Origin: Eubacteriales bacterium
GTDB lineage: Bacteria; Bacillota; Clostridia; Lachnospirales; Lachnospiraceae
Length of the DNA stretch: 64,000 nt
Reading direction: 5' to 3'
NCBI GenBank assembly: GCA_030536755.1
Contig: JAUNPJ010000007.1
Span: 2,115 to 66,114 of the forward strand
Shown one piece after another: positions 23,800 through 33,772 of the stretch. Under the pieces are notes generated by a model. It was not told where the DNA came from. It worked only from the letters and a program-made list of their open reading frames with translations, and did no database searches. The translations under genes and the position numbers were made by a program. The number at the start of each line of letters is the position of its first letter. Positions within the stretch are counted from its first letter, which is position 1.

Positions 23800-26700
23800 T
23801 ATAATATTATGGTTTTGGGACACAGTAATTTCTTTCCCCAGCGCAAATGAATAAATGATTTTCTCTTCCACCGGCATTCCCGTCAATCGTTCCAATGCCT
23901 GCGCATAATATACAAGCTGGACATGATATCGATTCACCAGTTCCTTCGCCGACCGCACGCGGTCTGTCTTATAATCGACAAGAATGATTTTCCCATTTTC
24001 CACAAAATATGCATCAATGATTCCCTGCACCAGAATGGATTCTTCTTCTCCCCACTCTTTTTTGATTTCTGACGCTTTTTGCGAGATTACAAAAGGCTGC
24101 TCTCTTCGAATCGTACCTGCCTTTTGCGCCGCCGCCATCCGCTTTCCAAGTGTACTCTGTGCCATCCTGAAAATCTGCATAGGATTGATATAGTGTGCAG
24201 TCTGTTCGTCTATCTTTCCTGTTTCTTTAAGCTGACTGATCTGTTCCTGAATTTCTTCAGCAGAAGCTGTTTTTGAGAAATCCAGACATTCCATCATGCG
24301 GTGGTAGGCAGTTCCCCTCACCGGACCGCCGCTTCTTTCTTCTTTTTCCTGCATAAATGAAGGAATGACCGGTACAATTTCCTCATCCTCATACAACAGG
24401 TAGCTGTCCTCCGTCTCCAGGGAAGCCTGGTGTTTCAATTCCGATACGGTAACCTTGACCGGTATATCCGAAAGCTTCTCATACGGATACTGGTAGGAAA
24501 AACGTTCCTGCAGCTGCTTGCGCAGTTCCCCGTCATAAACTTTGCTGCTGTCCCAATGAAGAAATTCTTCTTTGCCAATCTGCGTCATCACCTGCTTTTC
24601 CACCTGTGCCTCCAGAAGCTGACGCGGCCGGATCAAGCGAATTGCAATCGGTCCTTCCTCACAGATTGGAGCTGTGACCTGTCCAATCATGTCATATTCC
24701 TCATACAGACTGCAAAAAGCCGGATGCCGGGCCAGCGCCGGAAGAATCCAGTCCAGATAGTTTCGGGCACGTTCCAGCAGCTCATAAGAAAATTTCACCT
24801 TTTTTCTGGCACTGAGTCGCTGGCAGTCCGAAACTGCCATTTCCAGTTTGGAAATGCATCCCGACAAAATCAGTTTTTCCTTCGCACGCGTCATTGCCAC
24901 ATAAAGCACACGCAGTTCTTCTCCAAGATTCTCCACCTTACTTTGCTGGCGAATCACCTGCTTCATAACAGTCGGGAATTTGACGCGCAGCTTCGGATCG
25001 ATACAATCTGCCCCGATTCCCAAATCCTGGTGAATCACAAGACTGGCATTGATATCCTGCTGGTTAAATCGTTTTCCCAATCCAGCCACAATGACGATTG
25101 GAAATTCCAGACCTTTACTCTTGTGGATACTCATAATCTGAACCACATTGTCATTGCTTCCCGAAAGATTGACCTCACCATAATCCACACTGTATTTCTG
25201 CAGCTGCTCGATATAACGGATAAAATTAAACAATCCCCGATAACTGGTCTGTTCAAATTCCATTGCTTTTTCCACCAGCATCCGCAGATTTGCCTCCCGC
25301 TGCTCCCCGGCCGGCATCGCCGACACAAAAAGCTGATATCCTGTCTCCTTCAAAAGCAGCAGGATCAATTCATGAATCGGCGTGTATGGCACACAGTCTC
25401 TGAGTTTTTCGTACTGATTCCAGAAATCCTGCAATTTCTCACGCAATACCTCATCCTGTCCTTCCCGCAGATACGTCTGCACACTCTCATACAGACTTCC
25501 ACTTTTATCACAGATACGGATTTTGGCCATTTCTTCACTGGAACACCCCCCGATTGGCGAATGTAAAATCGCTCCGAGAGGAATATCCTGTCTCGGATTG
25601 TCCAGAATATGAAGGTAATTCAGCACCGTCACGACCTCCAGTGCTGAAAAATACCCCGTTTTGGAGGCACTGTAAGACGGAATTCCCTGAGAGGCCAGCA
25701 CCTGCCCAAACGTCTCCGCCCATCCGGATATCGTGCGCAGCAAAATCACAATGTCACTGTAACGCGCTTTACGATATATCTTCTCTTTTTTATCGTACAC
25801 CATCTCCTGCTCCACCAGTTCTGCAATCCGCCCCGCTACGGCGAGCGCTTCCACTTCTTTGTCCGTCTGTACGCCCCTCTCTTCTTCCAGTCCCTCTCCA
25901 TCTGTCTCAATCAGAAGAAGCTCTGTCTCATGGGAATTTTCCTGTGCCTCCTCCGGGAATTGCGCCCCCGGATAAAGCGCCGCCTCATCATCATACTCCA
26001 CTTTTCCAAGCTCTTCTCCCATAATCTGACGGAACATATAATTGACACCGCCAAGCACCTGCTCACGGCTTCGAAAATTCTTGTGCAGATCAATTCTCTG
26101 CGTAAGGCTATCCTCCGTAGAATACGAATGAAACTTTTCCATAAAAAGCTCCGGCCTTGCCAGACGAAAACGGTAAATACTCTGCTTGACATCTCCTACC
26201 ATGAAAATATTATGCCCGCCCTGTGGAATTTTTGACACAGCGGTCAAAATCGTCTCCTGCACCAGATTGCTGTCCTGGTATTCATCAATAAAAATCTCGG
26301 CAAAACGCTCAGAAAATTCTTCCGCAGCCTGCGTATAAACAAGCGCTCTATCCTGCTTTCTGACAAGAACATCCAATGCAAAATGTTCCATGTCGGCAAA
26401 GTCAACCAGATTCTTCTCCCTCTTTCTCGCCGAAAATGCATCCATAAACGTCAGCGTCAGATCGATCAGCGCACACACCGGCTTTTTGCAGTTCTGGATG
26501 CTCTCCAGAATTTCCTCCCGGCTCATATAGAAATAGGAATCCCTCAGATAATTCAGCATATTCTTCAGTTCTGCACGGCCACCCTGCACCTGCATTCTGG
26601 CACGTTCCGATACATTTTCATCTTTTTTGGAAGAAAGACGCGCATATTTTATGGAAACAAGTGCATCCACAAGTGCATTGTAGTCTTCTGCCCCCAGCAG

Positions 26701-27480
26701 CTTCTCAATCATAGCAAAATCGCTTTCCAATGCATCCGCATACATATAAGGCCCATCCTCACTGCGGCAGAGTTCGAGAAGTTCCAATGCCATCTCTCTG
26801 GCATCACGCAGGATTTTTTTACTCTCCTCCATCAGAAGCTGCATCCACGGTGTTTCCATCAACTCCTTTGTCGATTCCAGTTCATAAAACTTTTTGCAGT
26901 CCAAGAGCCACTCCTTCGGCCACGGGTAGCTCATGGAATATTCATACAATTTCATGATCTGCTGCCCGATATTGTCATCGTTTTTGCCGGACGCATAGCA
27001 TTCCACGCAGCTGTGAAACTCCTCTGTTCCCTCCTCATAAGCCTCCTCAATCACCTTTCGCATGACATCCTGTTTCATCAGACGGAGTTCTCCATCTTCT
27101 GCCGTGCGAAAACCGGGATCCAGATCGATCATGTGAAAATAATTGCGGATGATATAGGAACAGAATCCATCAATCGTGTTGATCTGTGCATTGTGAATCA
27201 GCGTGCTTTGTCTTTGCAGATGCTCATTGTCCGGCTCCTTCTCCAACCGTTCTTCCACAGCCGCCCGGATTCGCTCCTTCATCTCTGCCGCTGCCGCCCT
27301 TGTAAAAGTAACGATCAAAAGCTGGTCAATATCCAGCGGGTGGTCTCCCTCTGTGATCATCGTCAAAATACGCTCCACCAGAACTGCTGTCTTTCCGGAT
27401 CCGGCGGCTGCGCTGACCAGAATATTTCTATTTCGCAGATCAATCACTTTCTGCTGTTCTTTGGTCCATGTTACTTCCAT
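23779..27480 (-). CDS. addA: ATP-dependent helicase/nuclease subunit A (AddA)
   Basis: 1233-aa UvrD-like helicase (SAAAGSGKT Walker A) with a C-terminal PD-(D/E)XK nuclease (GIIDAYF..VDYKTD). Confidence 0.9.
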   Translation of the reverse strand: MEVTWTKEQQKVIDLRNRNILVSAAAGSGKTAVLVERILTMITEGDHPLDIDQLLIVTFTRAAAAEMKERIRAAVEERLEKEPDNEHLQRQSTLIHNAQINTIDGFCSYIIRNYFHMIDLDPGFRTAEDGELRLMKQDVMRKVIEEAYEEGTEEFHSCVECYASGKNDDNIGQQIMKLYEYSMSYPWPKEWLLDCKKFYELESTKELMETPWMQLLMEESKKILRDAREMALELLELCRSEDGPYMYADALESDFAMIEKLLGAEDYNALVDALVSIKYARLSSKKDENVSERARMQVQGGRAELKNMLNYLRDSYFYMSREEILESIQNCKKPVCALIDLTLTFMDAFSARKREKNLVDFADMEHFALDVLVRKQDRALVYTQAAEEFSERFAEIFIDEYQDSNLVQETILTAVSKIPQGGHNIFMVGDVKQSIYRFRLARPELFMEKFHSYSTEDSLTQRIDLHKNFRSREQVLGGVNYMFRQIMGEELGKVEYDDEAALYPGAQFPEEAQENSHETELLLIETDGEGLEEERGVQTDKEVEALAVAGRIAELVEQEMVYDKKEKIYRKARYSDIVILLRTISGWAETFGQVLASQGIPSYSASKTGYFSALEVVTVLNYLHILDNPRQDIPLGAILHSPIGGCSSEEMAKIRICDKSGSLYESVQTYLREGQDEVLREKLQDFWNQYEKLRDCVPYTPIHELILLLLKETGYQLFVSAMPAGEQREANLRMLVEKAMEFEQTSYRGLFNFIRYIEQLQKYSVDYGEVNLSGSNDNVVQIMSIHKSKGLEFPIVIVAGLGKRFNQQDINASLVIHQDLGIGADCIDPKLRVKFPTVMKQVIRQQSKVENLGEELRVLYVAMTRAKEKLILSGCISKLEMAVSDCQRLSARKKVKFSYELLERARNYLDWILPALARHPAFCSLYEEYDMIGQVTAPICEEGPIAIRLIRPRQLLEAQVEKQVMTQIGKEEFLHWDSSKVYDGELRKQLQERFSYQYPYEKLSDIPVKVTVSELKHQASLETEDSYLLYEDEEIVPVIPSFMQEKEERSGGPVRGTAYHRMMECLDFSKTASAEEIQEQISQLKETGKIDEQTAHYINPMQIFRMAQSTLGKRMAAAQKAGTIRREQPFVISQKASEIKKEWGEEESILVQGIIDAYFVENGKIILVDYKTDRVRSAKELVNRYHVQLVYYAQALERLTGMPVEEKIIYSFALGKEITVSQNHNIILTNNII

Positions 27481-30400
27481 CCTTCTTCTCCTCCTGTCTG
27501 CCTTGCGATTTCTCTCCAGATCTCTTCGTTCGAAAACTGCTTCAACCGACGAAATTCATAGCCTGGTATCTTCGGATCAAAACCACAGATACCGCTGTAC
27601 GGACAATACGTACAGCCATTTTGACTGCCCAGCTCATAAGGCTGAATATGGACTTCTCCGTCCAGAATTTCCTGCCGGATGTTGCTTATTTTCTGATTTA
27701 CAAAACGGCGAAGGTCTTCAAACTGCTTTGCATCGGCAACCTGCGACTTCTTCGACAGACTTCCGTTTTTGTTTCGGGTCACCGGAAGACTCTCCAGTGT
27801 CTGATCCAGCTTGTCAAGTATCGCTTCATTGGAAGAAACCAGCCCGTTCATCTTTAATTTTTTCAAAAGCTCCATAGTGATCGTTTCCACATCCTCAGCT
27901 GCCTTGCTCTGAATCATCGGATCCTTAATGTTATAATAAAATACTCCGGCAGGAACCACCTCTTTGTCCGGATGGTTTCGCTTCTCAACCGCCAGAGCCC
28001 CGTCCAGATACACCATCAGCTGAAGCTGCAGTCCATGATAGACCGCCAGAAGATCAAACGTCGTTCCGCCTGTCTTGTAATCAATCACCTTTACCAGCAC
28101 TTCCCGGTCAGTCTCGCAGATATCCAGACGGTCAATACGCCCTCCTCCGATGGATACCTCGAATCCTTCCGGCTCAAACTCGCCATTCATCAACTGATTC
28201 TGCAATGCCCAGACAGTCCTGTTCAGAATTCTCTCTGCGCGCTGAATCATATATTCATTGCGGGCAGAACTATGCAGGATCGTGTTGCCGTAATCATCCG
28301 TAACACTGCGCAGCGCTTCCTTCACAAACTGTTCCCTCTGCTCTTTCGTCAGATTCTTCCAGTTCAGCTTTTCTGTGCGAATCCTTCCGGAAAATGATTC
28401 CAGTGCATTGTGCATGACATTTCCCATATCCACAGGTGTGAACTCATACTCGATTCTGGACGAAAGCGCAAGACCATACTGCAGAAAATGCGCGAATGCG
28501 CAGGCGGCAAAACGTTCCAGACGCGTTGCGCTGTGGGCAGAGACGTCGCCATACAGCGCTTTTGCCACACTGGCACTGATCCTGTCCTTTGGCTTTTGGA
28601 AAAAAGCTGCTTCTACAAGCTGCTTCATCAGTTTTTCATACTCCGGCTGCGATACAAACCAGCTGTACAGTTCCTTCCATGTTTCTTCCGGCTCTTTTTG
28701 CGGCAGCTGACGCATGCCCTCCACAAGACAATCCATGCTGTCCTGGACACGCTCAAACTGGCAGATTTCCACTTCCGTCTCTATATTTTCCACATCAATC
28801 TCAGGAAACATCTGTCCGACCGTTCCAATCAGATAAGCAGGCCCCATCGCTTTTCCGGCTGCATCTGCAAGCGCATAAGAAAGATACAGATGCAAAGATG
28901 GCTTCGTCAGATTCAGATACAGATAAAACCGCTGCCGATACATCGCCTCTCTCGGCGTCGGCGCCAGACTGATTCCCTGCCCGGCAAAAAATTCCCGGTC
29001 AGACTCTGACAAAATGCCTCCCCGTCCGCTGTTTTTTGGAATAATTCCATCATTGACGCCGACAAAAAACAACGCTTTGATATCCTTCAGACGTGTTCTC
29101 TCCATATCACCAACCAGGACCTGATCTGTACTCGGCGGGATAATTCCCACAGAAGCTTCCGACAATCCAGCTTCCATCAGCTGTACAAACTCACGCTGCG
29201 TCACCTTTTCGTCTCCGAGAATTTCCACAAGTTTATCCAGAAGCTCCATCACAATTCCATAAATCTGCGCATACTCCTTCTCCATCGCCGCATCTCCCTG
29301 ACGGCCAAACTGCATTTCCTGCATCTGAAGCTTTTGCTGAATGTTTCCGTGTGCAATATAATGATAAAGCGCTCTGGCATCGTCCTCCACACGATTGCCT
29401 CGTTTCTTAAATTCATCCGCAAAGACAGAAAGCCCCTCCATCACCCGCTCCCGTATTTCATTGATTGTCTGAATCGAATCGGGATCCATTCCACGATACA
29501 GCCGCACCCACTTTTCCTTCCAGCAATTCCATCCGCGAATACCAAGTGCCACCACATATTCCTCCAGAAGATCAATCTCCTCCCTGCTCAGATCCGTCAG
29601 ACCGCATCGCAGATGGCGAAAGACACTCTCATAAGAAAAATTCTGTATCATCACATCCAGTGCGGAACGGATATACTCCACAAAGGGATTCATCAGCACC
29701 GAATGTTTTCTATCAAGAAAGTACGGAATCTGCGCATGCTCAAACACCTGCTCAGCATAATTTCCATAAGTCTCAAGATCTCCGGTAATCACCGCAATCT
29801 CTCCATAACGATACCCCTCTTCCCGAATCAGGCGGGCAATCCGTCTGGACACTTCCGTCATCTCACGAAGCGGATTGGCGGCGGAAAACATCTGAATTTC
29901 CTCTGTCTTTTTGCGGTATATATGCTTTCCATAGCGAAACAGATGCTGTTCCAGATGAAGAAGAGCCGGACTTTGTGAAAATCGCGAAGGCTCTGTATCC
30001 CGAATCCGACATGGTTCCTGCAGCTTCGTCCTGGTTTTCACGGTCAGCTCCCGAACAGACTGTATCATCTGTTTACTCATCGCAAACAACTCAAACGGTT
30101 TGCAGATTCCAAATGGCTTCTCCTGCTCTCCCAAAGTCACGGTAATATAAATCTGCGGACAAAGCTCCATCATCTCTTCCAGTACCTGATACTGAATCGG
30201 CGTAAAGCCGGTAAATCCATCAAAAACAACCGTCGAATTTCTGATTTTTTCCGACTCTCCAAGCCTGCTGCACAAAACATCCAGCACTTCCTCCGCCGTC
30301 AGAAATTTATCCTTCAAATACGAACGAAACTCCTGATAAAGAAGCCTGACATCCTCCAGTTTCTGAAACAGCAGTGCCTTGTCCTTTGCATCTGCCAGCA

Positions 30401-30824
30401 TTTCCTCTATTTTGTCTTCCTGAATATCATACTGCATCAATTCGGAAATCAGTGATTTCATCTCCTGGATATAACCGGGCTTTTTCATCTGAGAAGCCAG
30501 ATAACCGAGCTGACTTTGTTTTCTCTGCACCACCTTTTGAAGTACCAGCGTCTTGCCCGTCTCCTCCAGAAGTTTTCTGGAATCACCGCCCACTTCCTCA
30601 AAAACACGGTACGCGAGACGGTCAAAACTCAGCACATCAATATTGAGGATGCCGCCGCCCGGATGCATGCGCACCAGCTCCTTCTGCGTCTGCATGGTAA
30701 ACTGTTCCGGCACGATCACCAGATATTCCTGGTCTGGATGTGCCATGGATTCTTCTATTACTTTATGATAAATATACCAGGATTTTCCGGCTCCGGAGCT
30801 TCCCAGAATAAACTGTACTGCCAT
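27471..30824 (-). CDS. addB: ATP-dependent helicase/nuclease subunit B (AddB)
   Basis: N-terminal GSSGAGKS P-loop, C-terminal nuclease (VIDYKTG), and Fe-S cysteines (CTYCPYSGICGFD). AGGAGG RBS precedes the ATG at 30824. Confidence 0.9.
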   Translation of the reverse strand: MAVQFILGSSGAGKSWYIYHKVIEESMAHPDQEYLVIVPEQFTMQTQKELVRMHPGGGILNIDVLSFDRLAYRVFEEVGGDSRKLLEETGKTLVLQKVVQRKQSQLGYLASQMKKPGYIQEMKSLISELMQYDIQEDKIEEMLADAKDKALLFQKLEDVRLLYQEFRSYLKDKFLTAEEVLDVLCSRLGESEKIRNSTVVFDGFTGFTPIQYQVLEEMMELCPQIYITVTLGEQEKPFGICKPFELFAMSKQMIQSVRELTVKTRTKLQEPCRIRDTEPSRFSQSPALLHLEQHLFRYGKHIYRKKTEEIQMFSAANPLREMTEVSRRIARLIREEGYRYGEIAVITGDLETYGNYAEQVFEHAQIPYFLDRKHSVLMNPFVEYIRSALDVMIQNFSYESVFRHLRCGLTDLSREEIDLLEEYVVALGIRGWNCWKEKWVRLYRGMDPDSIQTINEIRERVMEGLSVFADEFKKRGNRVEDDARALYHYIAHGNIQQKLQMQEMQFGRQGDAAMEKEYAQIYGIVMELLDKLVEILGDEKVTQREFVQLMEAGLSEASVGIIPPSTDQVLVGDMERTRLKDIKALFFVGVNDGIIPKNSGRGGILSESDREFFAGQGISLAPTPREAMYRQRFYLYLNLTKPSLHLYLSYALADAAGKAMGPAYLIGTVGQMFPEIDVENIETEVEICQFERVQDSMDCLVEGMRQLPQKEPEETWKELYSWFVSQPEYEKLMKQLVEAAFFQKPKDRISASVAKALYGDVSAHSATRLERFAACAFAHFLQYGLALSSRIEYEFTPVDMGNVMHNALESFSGRIRTEKLNWKNLTKEQREQFVKEALRSVTDDYGNTILHSSARNEYMIQRAERILNRTVWALQNQLMNGEFEPEGFEVSIGGGRIDRLDICETDREVLVKVIDYKTGGTTFDLLAVYHGLQLQLMVYLDGALAVEKRNHPDKEVVPAGVFYYNIKDPMIQSKAAEDVETITMELLKKLKMNGLVSSNEAILDKLDQTLESLPVTRNKNGSLSKKSQVADAKQFEDLRRFVNQKISNIRQEILDGEVHIQPYELGSQNGCTYCPYSGICGFDPKIPGYEFRRLKQFSNEEIWREIARQTGGEEGWK

Positions 30825-30973
30825 AAATGCCTCCTGTCTTTTTTCAAAAATAACTGTATCGAAAAGTATCTCTGTTCTCCAGTGTATCACAGATTTACAT
30901 TTCTTGAAAGCAAGGCATATTTTCCATTTGGCACTAATAGGATGATATAGAAAGAAAAACAGGAGGCGTGACC

Positions 30974-31411
30974 ATGAGCGGGAAAACAAAAATTGTTGTA
31001 TTACATATGAAGGAAGTGGTGTACACCATCATTTTTCTGATTCTGGCCATTATTATGGCTGTGCTTCTCTATGTTATGTTCGGGCAGAAAAAGGACGAGA
31101 GTGCAGCAGCATCCTCTTCTTCCCTCTACATCCCCGGGGTCTACACCTCTTCCATTCACCTCAATGACAACACATTCAATATGGAAGTCACCGTAGACGC
31201 AGACTGCATCAAACAGGTGCGCCTGGTCAACCTAAGTGAGAGCACCACCGCAATGTTTCCTCTGATGGAGCCAACGCTGGATGGACTCGCCGAGCAGCTC
31301 TGCGATACCCAGTCACTGGATGACATCACGTATTCCGAGGACAACAAATATACCTCCCTGCTTCTGATCAATGCGATTTCCGAAGCTCTGGACAAAGCAA
31401 AGGCAAATTAA
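30974..31411 (+). CDS. Hypothetical membrane-anchored protein
   Basis: AGGAGG RBS, one N-terminal TM (VVYTIIFLILAIIMAVLLYVMF), and an extracytoplasmic domain of unknown family. Confidence 0.55.
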   Translation: MSGKTKIVVLHMKEVVYTIIFLILAIIMAVLLYVMFGQKKDESAAASSSSLYIPGVYTSSIHLNDNTFNMEVTVDADCIKQVRLVNLSESTTAMFPLMEPTLDGLAEQLCDTQSLDDITYSEDNKYTSLLLINAISEALDKAKAN

Positions 31412-31418
31412 AACGCCA

Positions 31419-31458
31419 AAAACAGAGGGCAGTCCGCAATGGATCTGCCCTCTGTTTT
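31419..31458. terminator. Bidirectional terminator between convergent genes
   Basis: AAAACAGAGGGCAG (31419-31432) pairs with CTGCCCTCTGTTTT (31445-31458). Confidence 0.75.
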
Positions 31459-32242
31459 ACATAAACTTATAAATATTATAAATGTTAATCACGATCATCA
31501 CAACCATTAACGCAATAAATAATTGATCAACGGTCTTTTCATCAATCTTTTTATTAATAGCACGTCCACAGATTCCTCCGGTAATTCCTCCGGCAACCAT
31601 AAGCACCAGCACACCAATCTGGAATTCCGGTACACTTCCTGTCACAATTGTAGAAATCAGACTGGCAATCTGTGAAAAGAAAATAATGTATAGTGAATTT
31701 TCTGCTGCAATCTTTGTTGTCATCGAGAAGAAGAAAAATAACACAACCAGATTGATCGGACCTCCCCCGATTCCAAGAAAGGATGACATAACTCCAAGAA
31801 ATATGCCGATCAGGATGCAAACGATCGCACTGTCCACCTGATAAGTCTTAATCTTTTCCTTGTAAATCGTATAAATAAGCGTTCCAATTGTCACGATCAA
31901 AAGACATAACGCCTGTACTGCTCCTACTTTATTCGGATCACTGCTTAACGATTTTACATAGGAAAATAACCACTTTCCAATCAATCCGCCTGCTGCCGCC
32001 CCGACTGCAAGCGGAAATCCTGTTTTCATTGTAACATGGGATTCCCCACTGATTTTATTCTTTACAACAGAATACGTTGCCATCGAAAGTACTGTACAAC
32101 CTGATAAAAAGCTGATCACGGTCACATCCAGCACGCCAAAAGAATCCAGTACAGGCTTGATGATCACTCCGCCGCCAATTCCACAGATTGCACCGACAAC
32201 AGACGCACCAAAACAGACAATTAAAAATACAAAGTAAATCAT
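31457..32242 (-). CDS. TauE/SafE (DUF81) family sulfite/anion exporter-like permease
   Basis: 261-aa multi-TM protein (FGASVVGAICGIGGGVIIKPVL; second half GIGGGPINLVVLFF). Confidence 0.8.
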   Translation of the reverse strand: MIYFVFLIVCFGASVVGAICGIGGGVIIKPVLDSFGVLDVTVISFLSGCTVLSMATYSVVKNKISGESHVTMKTGFPLAVGAAAGGLIGKWLFSYVKSLSSDPNKVGAVQALCLLIVTIGTLIYTIYKEKIKTYQVDSAIVCILIGIFLGVMSSFLGIGGGPINLVVLFFFFSMTTKIAAENSLYIIFFSQIASLISTIVTGSVPEFQIGVLVLMVAGGITGGICGRAINKKIDEKTVDQLFIALMVVMIVINIYNIYKFM

Positions 32243-32264
32243 CGTTCTCCTTTAAGCGCTTTCA

Positions 32265-33752
32265 TTAACAGCATCCGCCGTGACGATGTCCGTATGCATC
32301 CATACAGTCATCTTCCGGATTCTTCATGCAAAGATGTACAGATGCTTTCTTAAATGTCATAGGAAGAGCCAAAATATTCGGGTTCTTTCCAACAAATTTC
32401 TTCTCTGCATCTGCCAATGCTTCTTCGAATGTAGCTCTTGTCTTTAAGCCCATTCCTCTCGCATATCCAGGTTCCTCAGCACCTACAATATAAATGGCAC
32501 TTGTATTCATCTCAGCAATATGTCCGCAGGACATCATAGAAAATCCATGGAATGGATGGAATGCATTACAGAAACGATATTTGCGGATATATTCTTCATT
32601 TGTCGCGAAATACTCACCATAACGGTTCATATCCGGCAAAGTATCCATATGGTCATGCTGGAACATGGTATACGCCTCTCTTAAATATGGCCATAATTCA
32701 TCATGGAAATATCCGTTGCAGGTAGAAGAGCAGATGATCACACAATTGTCACTCATGACACGTTTGAATCTTAATACCTGCGCACTTAATGCCTGCATCA
32801 TCATGATCGGGTTTGTTCCCATACCATCACCATAATGGAATTTCTGAGGCATACCAAATACCAGTACATCATACTTTTTCTCTGCCCAGTGCACATACGT
32901 TCTCTTATCTGCAAGTTTCCAGCTGATCGGCATCATCTCTTTTGCATAACCGGAATAAATTGCGATCTGTCTTGAGCTGGTATCCAGCACCGCATCACAG
33001 CAGAAGAATGGATGTCCCATCTTCTCCTCCATATGCATACTGATCTCATCAAATTTGTTGCGCATCAGACTTGCACCGTTTACCGGTGTGAAATCATCTC
33101 TGTGCATAACGGATGGTACATGATGACTTGCAATACATTTCCAGTTGGTGATGCCAGTTGCACTGTGTTTGTATCCGCCTGAATATCCGCCATAAGGATT
33201 TCCCTGTACATGACCGATCAGAATTGGAATATCACAGTCAAATACATACTTGTTCATGTATACAGGGTCACCTCTGTGAGTCGTTCCAAGGTATACCATA
33301 TGCTCCTGGTCTTCACTGTCATGGCTGATAATCTGACCTGTATGCCAGAATTCATTGAACAGCTCTTCTCCAAAAATTGCCTTTGCATCAGACTCTTTGC
33401 TTCTTGGATGCAAACCATTGGAAATAATAAAAAGAATATCTTTCTTCTCAACGCCTGCCGCATATAACTCTTTTAAGATATATTTAATGCTTAATTTTCT
33501 GTGACTGGTAGGCTGCTCTCCACCCTTTACTCTGTCCGGAACAATAATCGTAACGGTAGAGCCCTTATGGGCAAGTTCAGTCAAAGTAGGCATTCCGATC
33601 GGATGAGCCAGGCTCTCCAGGTATGCTTCCTCCAGTTTATCTTCCGGGATATAATCCGGATCTTTTACTGTTTCACCAGGAATAAAAATATCTGTATTAT
33701 CCGGCAGTTCTGCTGCCATAGTTCCGTGACCATATTCGAAATCAATTTTCAT
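32265..33752 (-). CDS. LarA-family (lactate racemase-like, nickel-pincer-nucleotide dependent) racemase/epimerase homolog
   Basis: DUF2088-type N-terminal domain. The motif GGYSGGYKH matches the LarA GFSGGxK loop that carries the NPN-tethering Lys. NGLHPR resembles the LarA TGxHR motif. Confidence 0.7.
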   Translation of the reverse strand: MKIDFEYGHGTMAAELPDNTDIFIPGETVKDPDYIPEDKLEEAYLESLAHPIGMPTLTELAHKGSTVTIIVPDRVKGGEQPTSHRKLSIKYILKELYAAGVEKKDILFIISNGLHPRSKESDAKAIFGEELFNEFWHTGQIISHDSEDQEHMVYLGTTHRGDPVYMNKYVFDCDIPILIGHVQGNPYGGYSGGYKHSATGITNWKCIASHHVPSVMHRDDFTPVNGASLMRNKFDEISMHMEEKMGHPFFCCDAVLDTSSRQIAIYSGYAKEMMPISWKLADKRTYVHWAEKKYDVLVFGMPQKFHYGDGMGTNPIMMMQALSAQVLRFKRVMSDNCVIICSSTCNGYFHDELWPYLREAYTMFQHDHMDTLPDMNRYGEYFATNEEYIRKYRFCNAFHPFHGFSMMSCGHIAEMNTSAIYIVGAEEPGYARGMGLKTRATFEEALADAEKKFVGKNPNILALPMTFKKASVHLCMKNPEDDCMDAYGHRHGGCC

Positions 33753-33772
33753 AGTTGTTTTCCCCTTTCTTA

